Positions 57,416 through 64,000 of a DNA stretch of 64,000 bases are shown one piece after another. A program made the position numbers and the translations under genes. The stretch is from NCBI GenBank assembly GCA_020725145.1, contig DYFO01000001.1, positions 46,855 through 110,854 on the forward strand, written 5' to 3'. Source of the stretch: Symbiobacterium thermophilum. Its GTDB lineage: Bacteria; Bacillota; Sulfobacillia; UBA995. How positions within the stretch are numbered: the first letter of the stretch is position 1; each line of letters opens with the position of its first letter. Under the pieces are notes generated by a model. That model made no database searches, was not told where the DNA came from, and saw only the letters and a list, made by a program, of their open reading frames with translations.

Positions 57416-57979
57416 GTGGCAAGCAAGACGGTTCGGCTGCGCCCGCCGCTTGATGCGGATCGGGTGCGCGGGCTGCGGGCCGGAGACAGGGTGCTTTTGT
57501 CGGGCGTCATCTACACCGCCCGTGACGCCGCCCACAAGCGCCTGGTGGAAGCCCACGACAGGGGCGAGCCGCTCCCCGTGGAGCTGTCGGGTCAGGTGAT
57601 CTACTACGTGGGTCCCTGCCCGCCCAAGCCCGGCCAGGCGATCGGTTCGGCCGGTCCGACCACCTCGGGACGCATGGACCCTTACACCCCGGCGCTCATC
57701 CGGCTTGGCCTGCGGGCGATGGTGGGTAAGGGACTGCGCGGCCCCCAGGTGGTGGAGGCCATGAAGCAGTACGGAGCGGTCTACCTGGTGGCCACCGGGG
57801 GGGCGGGGGCGCTGCTGGCCCGCCGCATCAAGGCGGCGGAAGTGGTGGCCTACCCCGACCTCGGTCCCGAGGCCATCTACCGGCTCGAGGTGGAGGAATT
57901 CCCCACCATCGTGGCCATCGACGCCCAAGGCAACGATCTTTACGCCGAGGGCAAACGCCAGTACGCCAGGCAAGCCTGA
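57416..57979 (+). CDS. Class I fumarate hydratase / tartrate dehydratase beta subunit
   Basis: GTG 57416 follows GGGAAGAGGTGA. A 187-aa beta-type subunit follows the alpha gene. Confidence 0.75.
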   Translation: MASKTVRLRPPLDADRVRGLRAGDRVLLSGVIYTARDAAHKRLVEAHDRGEPLPVELSGQVIYYVGPCPPKPGQAIGSAGPTTSGRMDPYTPALIRLGLRAMVGKGLRGPQVVEAMKQYGAVYLVATGGAGALLARRIKAAEVVAYPDLGPEAIYRLEVEEFPTIVAIDAQGNDLYAEGKRQYARQA

Positions 57980-58002
57980 GGACGCGCAGGAGGTGTGCGA
58001 AC

Positions 58003-59244
58003 TTGTCGCTCAAGGAAGAGGCACTTCGGCTTCACAGGGACAATGCCGGTAAGATAGAGGTCATCAGCAAGGTGCGCCTGGTGGACCAGCGCGACCTGTC
58101 GCTGGCCTACACCCCCGGGGTGGCGGAGCCCTGCCGCGAGATCCACCGCGAACGCGACCTCGTGGACGTGTACACCTCGCGGGGGAACATGGTGGCGGTG
58201 GTGTCCGACGGTACCGCCGTGCTGGGACTGGGAGACATCGGTCCCGAGGCGGCGATGCCGGTGATGGAGGGTAAGTGCATCCTGTTCAAGTACTTCGCAG
58301 GGGTCGACGCCTTCCCGATCTGCGTAGCCAGCAAGGACCCCGACGAGATCGTTAAGGTGGTCAAGCTGCTGGAACCCACCTTCGGCGGCGTGAACCTGGA
58401 GGACATCTCCGCTCCCCGCTGCTTCGAGATCGAAAACCGCCTGAAGAAGGAGACGGGCATCCCCATCTTCCACGACGATCAGCACGGCACGGCCATCGTG
58501 GTGGCCGGGGCGCTGATCTCCGCCCTCAAGGTGGTAGGCAAGCGCATGGCCGACGTCAGCCTGCTGATCACCGGCGCCGGAGCCTCGGCCATCGCCACCG
58601 CCAAGCTGCTTTTGGACATGGGCATCGGCCGGGTCATCCTATCCGACCGTGTGGGACCCGTCTACGTCGGCCGGACCGAGGGCATGAACTGGGCCAAGGA
58701 GGAGATGGCGGTCCGCACCAATCCCGACCGGGTCAAGACGCTGGAAGAGGCCTTCCGCGGCCTCGACGTCTTCGTGGGGCTGTCCGGTCCCGGGATCGTG
58801 ACCCAGGACATGGTGCGCTCCATGGCGCGTGATGCCGTGGTGCTGGCCATGGCGAACCCCATCCCCGAGATATTCCCCGACGAGGCGCGTGCCGCCGGTG
58901 CCCGCGTCGTCGGTACCGGGCGCTCGGATTTCCCCAACCAGGTCAACAACGTGCTCGCCTTCCCCGGAGTGCTGCGGGGGGCCCTGGACTGCCGGGCCAG
59001 CGACATCAACGAGGCCATGAAGCAGGCGGCCGCTTACGCCATCGCCGGCCTCATCGGCGATGGCGAACTCCGCGAGGACTACATCATCCCGCGGGCGCTG
59101 GACCGCCGGGTGGCGCCGGCGGTGGCGGCAGCCGTGGCCCGCGCGGCCATGGAGAGCGGCGTGGCCCGCGTGCAGGTAGACCCGGCCAAGGTCGCGGAGG
59201 ACTGCGCCCGCCGCGTGGAGAAGCTTAGCCAGCAGTTCCGTTAG
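58003..59244 (+). CDS. NAD(P)-dependent malic enzyme (small form)
   Basis: TTG start. The translation has LAYTPGVAEPC, GLGDIGPEAAMPVMEGK and GAGASAIATAKLL. Confidence 0.8.
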   Translation: MSLKEEALRLHRDNAGKIEVISKVRLVDQRDLSLAYTPGVAEPCREIHRERDLVDVYTSRGNMVAVVSDGTAVLGLGDIGPEAAMPVMEGKCILFKYFAGVDAFPICVASKDPDEIVKVVKLLEPTFGGVNLEDISAPRCFEIENRLKKETGIPIFHDDQHGTAIVVAGALISALKVVGKRMADVSLLITGAGASAIATAKLLLDMGIGRVILSDRVGPVYVGRTEGMNWAKEEMAVRTNPDRVKTLEEAFRGLDVFVGLSGPGIVTQDMVRSMARDAVVLAMANPIPEIFPDEARAAGARVVGTGRSDFPNQVNNVLAFPGVLRGALDCRASDINEAMKQAAAYAIAGLIGDGELREDYIIPRALDRRVAPAVAAAVARAAMESGVARVQVDPAKVAEDCARRVEKLSQQFR

Positions 59245-59335
59245 GCCGGTAACCTTGCCAGAGCATTGCCCCGCCCAGGGTCCGGCTGTGCCGGACCCTG
59301 GAGCGGCTTTACTCCGGCGACGCGGGAGGGTAGCC

Positions 59336-60448
59336 ATGAAGCTCTATGAGTACCTTGCCAAGCAGGCCTTCGCCGAGGCGGGCATTCCGGTTCCGCCCGG
59401 CCGCGTGGTCACCACCGCCGAGGAGGCGGCACTGGTCTGCCGCGAGGTGGGTCCGGTGGCCCTGAAGGCCCAGGTGCTGGCAGGCGGCAGGGGGAAGGCC
59501 GGAGGCATCGCCTTCGCCGACTGGCCGCATGAGGCGGAGGCGCGGGTTGCCGCGATGCTGGGCAAGACCATCCACGGCCACCGCGTGGACAGGGTCCTGG
59601 TCGAGAAAAAGCTGACCGTGCAGGCCGAGCTGTACCTGGGGATCGCGGTGGAAGGGGCGGCCAGGAAGCCGGTGGTGATCGCCTCGAACCAGGGAGGGGT
59701 GAACATCGAGGAGGTGCCGGAGAAGGCCATCGTCCGGCGCCTCGTGGATCCGCTCTGGGGCTTTCGCCCCTACCGGGCGCGGGAGGTGGCAAGACGGCTC
59801 GGCCTGACCGGCCGCGAAGCCGGTCAGGTGGCCGACGTCCTCCACCGCTTGTGGGGGGTTTTTCGCCGTTACGACGCCGAACTGACCGAGATCAACCCCC
59901 TGGTGCTGACTCCCGAGGGGCCGGTGGCCGCCGACGGGCGGCTGAACGTTGACGATTACGCCCTCTTCCGGCACCCCGAACTGCCCGTGGTGGAGGAGGG
60001 CTCGGAGCTCGAACGCCGTGCCCGCGCGATGGGACTGGCCTATGTGCAGCTGGACGGAGACATCGCGGTGATGGCCAACGGTGCCGGCATCACCATGGCC
60101 ACCCTTGACATCCTCCAGGAGCTGGGGGGACGCCCGGCCAACTTCCTGGACGCCGGGGGAGGTGCGGGGGTGGAGCCCATGACGCGGGCGATGGAGATGT
60201 TGCTCGAACAAAAGCCGCGGGTGGTGCTGGTGAACATCTTCGGCGGCATCACGCGTTGCGACGATGTGGCCCGCGCCGTCGTGGCCGCCCGTCAGAACTG
60301 TGGCACCGAGGTGCCGCTGGTGATCCGGCTGGTCGGCACCAACGAAGCCGAAGGGCTTGCCATCTTGCGCGAGAACGGGCTGGACGCCTATACCGCCATG
60401 CAGGAGGCCGCCGCGCGGGCCGTGGCCCTTGCCGGCGGTCCGAGATAG
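59336..60448 (+). CDS. sucC: Succinyl-CoA synthetase (ADP-forming family) beta subunit
   Basis: The ATP-grasp N-terminus is MKLYEYLAKQAFAEAGIPVP. It is followed directly by the alpha-subunit gene. Confidence 0.8.
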   Translation: MKLYEYLAKQAFAEAGIPVPPGRVVTTAEEAALVCREVGPVALKAQVLAGGRGKAGGIAFADWPHEAEARVAAMLGKTIHGHRVDRVLVEKKLTVQAELYLGIAVEGAARKPVVIASNQGGVNIEEVPEKAIVRRLVDPLWGFRPYRAREVARRLGLTGREAGQVADVLHRLWGVFRRYDAELTEINPLVLTPEGPVAADGRLNVDDYALFRHPELPVVEEGSELERRARAMGLAYVQLDGDIAVMANGAGITMATLDILQELGGRPANFLDAGGGAGVEPMTRAMEMLLEQKPRVVLVNIFGGITRCDDVARAVVAARQNCGTEVPLVIRLVGTNEAEGLAILRENGLDAYTAMQEAAARAVALAGGPR

Positions 60449-60460
60449 GGGGGCAGCGGC

Positions 60461-61369
60461 TTGGCCATCCTGATCGACGAGAGGACGCGTGTGGTGGTCC
60501 AGGGGATCACCGGTAACCAGGGCAGATTCCACGCCCGGCTGATGGTGGAATACGGTACGCGCGTGGTCGCGGGGGTGTCCCCGGGCAAGGGCGGGACGGA
60601 GGTCGACGGCATCCCCGTCTACGATACGGTGCAGGAGGCCGTGGACCGGCACGGCGCCAGCGCCACGGTGATCTTCGTGCCCGCGCCCTTCGCCCGCGAC
60701 GCCTGCCTTGAGGCGCTGGACGCCGGCCTGGGGGTGGTGGTGGCCATCACCGAGGGCATCCCCGTACACGACGCCATGGAGATCATGACCTTCGCCCAGG
60801 CTCGCAACGCGGTGGTGGTGGGGCCCAACACCTTCGGCCTGATCGCGCCGGGCAAGTGCAAGCTGGGGATCATGCCTGCCCGCGCCTATGCGCCCGGCCC
60901 GGTGGGAGTGGTGGCCCGCAGCGGCACCCTCAGCTACGAGATAGCGGCGGCCCTGACGCAGGCGGGTATCGGCCAGTCCACCGTGGTGGGCCTGGGGGGG
61001 GATCGCGTCGTGGGCCTGACCTTCGTCGACGTGCTGCGGCGCTTTGAGGCCGACCCCGGCACGGCGGCGGTGGTCATGGTGGGCGAGATCGGGGGCACCG
61101 CGGAGGAGGAAGCGGCCGAGTTCATCAAGGGCATGTCGCGGCCGGTGGTGGCCTACCTGGCGGGCCGTAGCGCCCCGCCGGGCAAGCGCATGGGACACGC
61201 CGGGGCGATCATCGAGCGTGGCCGGGGCACCTTCGAAAGCAAGGTGCGCGCACTCACGGAAGCCGGCACCCTGGTGGCCAGGCTTCCCTGGGAAATCACC
61301 GAGCTTGTGCGCCAGAGCCTGGCGAAGGCGCATGGATCGAAGGCATCGCGTGGCCCCGCCGCGCCCTGA
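60461..61369 (+). CDS. sucD: Succinyl-CoA synthetase alpha subunit
   Basis: The CoA-binding motif is VVVQGITGNQG. The phospho-His loop region is GHAGAII. Confidence 0.85.
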   Translation: MAILIDERTRVVVQGITGNQGRFHARLMVEYGTRVVAGVSPGKGGTEVDGIPVYDTVQEAVDRHGASATVIFVPAPFARDACLEALDAGLGVVVAITEGIPVHDAMEIMTFAQARNAVVVGPNTFGLIAPGKCKLGIMPARAYAPGPVGVVARSGTLSYEIAAALTQAGIGQSTVVGLGGDRVVGLTFVDVLRRFEADPGTAAVVMVGEIGGTAEEEAAEFIKGMSRPVVAYLAGRSAPPGKRMGHAGAIIERGRGTFESKVRALTEAGTLVARLPWEITELVRQSLAKAHGSKASRGPAAP

Positions 61370-61386
61370 CGCGGGAGGGAATCGGC

Positions 61387-62163
61387 ATGTCGCGAGCGGC
61401 GTGGTTCCTGTCGGTGATGCTGGTGGTCATGATGTTGCCGGGTTGCCTGCGGGCCTGCCGTCCCACACCGGAGCCCGAAGAAGGCGAGGTTACGGTGACG
61501 CTGTACTTCGCCGACTTCATGGCCCAGCACACCATCCCCGAGGATCGGGAGATCGATCTCGCCGGCCGGCCGCTCGCCCTGCGGGTGGTCGAGGAGCTGA
61601 TCGAAGGCCCCCGCACTCCCGGGCTGCACGCGACCATCCCCGGGGGCACCCGGGTGCTCGGGGTGACGGTGGTGGAAGGCGTGGCCCGCGTTGACTTCTC
61701 GAGGGAGCTGGTCGACAACCATCCCGGCGGCTCCGCCGGAGAAGCGATGACGTTGCGCTCACTCATCTTCACCCTCACCGACCTTGAAGGGGTGGAGGGC
61801 ATCACCATCCTGGTGGAGGGCGAGCCCATCACCTTGCTCGCCGGGCACGTCGAGCTTGTCGAGAACATGGGCCGGGGGCCCATCCTTACCTTCCCGATAT
61901 TCGTCGACGAGGCCCGCGCCGGGTGGTTGCAGCAGGAGGTGGACGCGGGCAGGCAGACCTGGCGGTGTGATCCGCTCGAGGTGGCCAGGCGGGACGGACG
62001 CATGGCCGGGTTCCGGCTGACCGACGCGTTCCGGCTGCTCGCCCGGACCGGCGGCGAGGCGGTGGTGGCGGCGACCCACGGGGGCAAGACCTACACCATC
62101 AAGCTTCGCCAGACGGTGAGAACGGGCCCCCGCGGGATATGGACGATCACCGATATCGACTGA
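61387..62163 (+). CDS. GerM-like (GerMN domain) sporulation/germination lipoprotein
   Basis: The lipobox is LPGC. Two GerMN-like repeats are present (TLYFADF..., LVDNHPGGSAGEAMTLRSLIFTL). Confidence 0.6.
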   Translation: MSRAAWFLSVMLVVMMLPGCLRACRPTPEPEEGEVTVTLYFADFMAQHTIPEDREIDLAGRPLALRVVEELIEGPRTPGLHATIPGGTRVLGVTVVEGVARVDFSRELVDNHPGGSAGEAMTLRSLIFTLTDLEGVEGITILVEGEPITLLAGHVELVENMGRGPILTFPIFVDEARAGWLQQEVDAGRQTWRCDPLEVARRDGRMAGFRLTDAFRLLARTGGEAVVAATHGGKTYTIKLRQTVRTGPRGIWTITDID

Positions 62164-62179
62164 ACCGGAGGGAAGCGGT

Positions 62180-63625
62180 GTGGCGCTGAAGACCCGCCAG
62201 GAGTACCGGGCGGCCCTGGCGTCCCTCAGACCGAACATCTACAAGTTCGGTCGGGCCGTGACGGATGTGACGGCCGATCCGCTCACGCGTCGGGTGGTCG
62301 AGAGCCATTCGCGGGCGTATGACGGAGCGCACGACCCCCGGCGGTGCGAGCTGTTCACCTGTCGTTCGTCCTTGAGCGGGGCCACCGTTCATCGCTGGAA
62401 CTCGCTTTGCGTCTCCGCGGACGATCTTGTGAGCGCCGCCCGCTTCAAACGCGAGATGTTCCGCCTCACCGGCACCTGCACCGGCGGTGCCTGTGTGGGG
62501 TGGAACGCGCTCGGCGCCCTGTGGGCCGTCACCTTCGAGGTCGACGCCGTCCGCGGCACCTGCTATCACGAACGCTTGCGCCGGTGGGCGCTCGAAGCGG
62601 AGGAAGCGGGCTGGATGGTGGCGGGAGCCCTGACCGACGCCAAGGGAAACCGCAGCCTGCCGCCCGCCTCGCAGCCCGCCCACTACCTGCGGGTGGTGGA
62701 CGAAGACTCCGGCGGCATCGTGGTTCGTGGCTGCAAGGCGATGATCGCCGGGGTGGCCGCCTCGCACCAGGTGCTGGTGATGCCGGGCACCACCTGCCGT
62801 GAGGCGGACCGCGACTTCGCGGTGGCCTTCGCCGTGCCCCGCGACGCCGAAGGTCTCACGGTGGTGGAGACCCGGCGGCCCAGCGACGGCCGCGAGCTCG
62901 AGGCGGGCTTCGACGTCCCGGAGACCGGGATCACCCAGGCCTTCTTGCTCTTCCGCGATGTCTACGTACCGCTCGATCGTGTCTTCCTCCTGCGCGAGCC
63001 CGAGTTCACCGCCGGCCTGATCCGCTACTTCACCGCCAACTACCGGGCCGGCATCGGTGCCTGCGTGGCGGGCCAGGGAGACGTGATGATCGGCGCGGCG
63101 GTGCTCATGGCGCGGGCCAACGGCCTGCCCGGCCGCGTCTTTCGCGACCGTCTGGTGGAGATGGCCGTCAACAACGAGACCACCTTCGGGCTGGGGGTGG
63201 GTGCGGTGGCGCTTGGCAGGCCACATCCCTCGGGCGTCTGGCTGGCCGACCCGCTCACCGCCCACGTCAACAAGGTCCTGGTCTCGCGGCTTCCCCAGGA
63301 GACACGGCGCCTGTGCCAGGAGATCGCGGGGGGAGTGGTGGAGACGGGGTGCCTGCCTTCGAGCGCCGACCTTGACAGCCCCGAGTACGGCCTCGACCTG
63401 CGGGAGGCGCTGGCGGGAGCGGTGGACGGCGAGACCCGCGCACGTGCCGCCCGCCTGGCGGAGTGGCTGACCGTCGGCGCCGGTGTCCCCGGATGCATGC
63501 ACGGCGGCGGCTCGCCCGACGGCGCGCGGGCGGTGATAAGGTCGCTTCTTTGCCTTGATGCTTGCGCCGAGCTGGCCCGGACGCTCGCGGGGATCGACGC
63601 GCCGGTACCCGAACCCGAGGCTTAA
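62180..63625 (+). CDS. Second, divergent HpaB/4-hydroxybutyryl-CoA dehydratase-family flavoprotein
   Basis: It is a paralogue of the gene at 36766-38241 (shared GDVMIGAAVLMAR motif). It has C-x4-C (GTCTGGAC) instead of C-x3-C. No His is present at the H-x6-C position. Confidence 0.6.
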   Translation: MALKTRQEYRAALASLRPNIYKFGRAVTDVTADPLTRRVVESHSRAYDGAHDPRRCELFTCRSSLSGATVHRWNSLCVSADDLVSAARFKREMFRLTGTCTGGACVGWNALGALWAVTFEVDAVRGTCYHERLRRWALEAEEAGWMVAGALTDAKGNRSLPPASQPAHYLRVVDEDSGGIVVRGCKAMIAGVAASHQVLVMPGTTCREADRDFAVAFAVPRDAEGLTVVETRRPSDGRELEAGFDVPETGITQAFLLFRDVYVPLDRVFLLREPEFTAGLIRYFTANYRAGIGACVAGQGDVMIGAAVLMARANGLPGRVFRDRLVEMAVNNETTFGLGVGAVALGRPHPSGVWLADPLTAHVNKVLVSRLPQETRRLCQEIAGGVVETGCLPSSADLDSPEYGLDLREALAGAVDGETRARAARLAEWLTVGAGVPGCMHGGGSPDGARAVIRSLLCLDACAELARTLAGIDAPVPEPEA

Positions 63626-63652
63626 GGCGGACGGCCCGAAGGGGGAAGATGC

Positions 63653-64000
63653 GTGAAAGACGGCTTCCAGGTGACCTTCGAGCCGTCGGGCAGGCGCGTA
63701 AGCTGCCCTCCCGGCACCGATTGGCTGGAGGCGGCGCGCCGGGCGGGGATCGGCCTGGTCGCCACCTGCGGGGGACAGGGCCGTTGCGGCAAGTGCCGTG
63801 TGCTGCCTGCGGTGTCCGGCGCACCGCTACCCGAAGAGCGGCGCCACCTCACCCCGACCGAGCTGGCGCAAGGTTACCGGCTGGCCTGCCGCCATCGCGT
63901 TGACCGCGATCTCGTCTTGCGCGTTCCCGCCTCCGGTCTCGACCCGGATTGGGTATCCGACGCCGGTGCCACGGTGGAACTGCCCGCCGTGCCGCCCGAA
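63653..64000 (+). CDS. [2Fe-2S] ferredoxin-domain protein (N-terminus of a RACo/RamA-like activator?); 3' end lies outside the window
   Basis: GTG 63653 follows GAAGGGGGAAG. The plant-type ferredoxin motif is CGGQGRCGKCRV, as in the RACo N-terminus at 19232. Confidence 0.5.
   Translation, partial: MKDGFQVTFEPSGRRVSCPPGTDWLEAARRAGIGLVATCGGQGRCGKCRVLPAVSGAPLPEERRHLTPTELAQGYRLACRHRVDRDLVLRVPASGLDPDWVSDAGATVELPAVPPE

Overview
This is a high-GC (~70%) bacterial window with dense, mostly plus-strand operons and frequent ATGA/GTGA/TTGA start-stop overlaps. Its core is a complete acetogen-type Wood-Ljungdahl carbonyl branch with Moorella-like synteny: cooC, acsA (Ni-CODH), acsB (acetyl-CoA synthase), acsC, RACo/orf7, acsF, acsD, acsE. 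Upstream sit a MoxR AAA+/VWA (CoxD/CoxE-like) pair and a DUF3786 gene. Downstream is an unusual redox cluster: two short HdrA-like flavoproteins, MvhD, HdrC-like, a ~1480-aa HdrA-GltD-HdrA fusion, a second MvhD, three Flx/sulfhydrogenase-like subunits, then metV-metF. No HdrB/CCG-domain gene is present. The left flank has an O-antigen-ligase/TPR protein next to a minor-pilin cluster (PilX/PilV/PilW-like), a lipoprotein, a ~950-aa secreted lipase-like/PKD protein, an RCK K+ channel and an ABC exporter interrupted by an in-frame TAG. The right half contains a GNAT pseudogene (amber codon plus a 10-bp tandem-repeat frameshift), two 4-hydroxybutyryl-CoA dehydratase-family genes, an AMP-forming CoA ligase, sbcDC plus an MBL hydrolase, a B12-radical SAM gene, a decayed IS200/IS605 element with a chimeric TnpA/TnpB ORF, a lower-GC VapC PIN toxin with an atypically large upstream partner, class I fumarase, malic enzyme, succinyl-CoA synthetase and a GerM-like sporulation lipoprotein. 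No rRNA, tRNA or CRISPR array was recognised. All calls rest on reading the ORF translations and local sequence; no database search was run.
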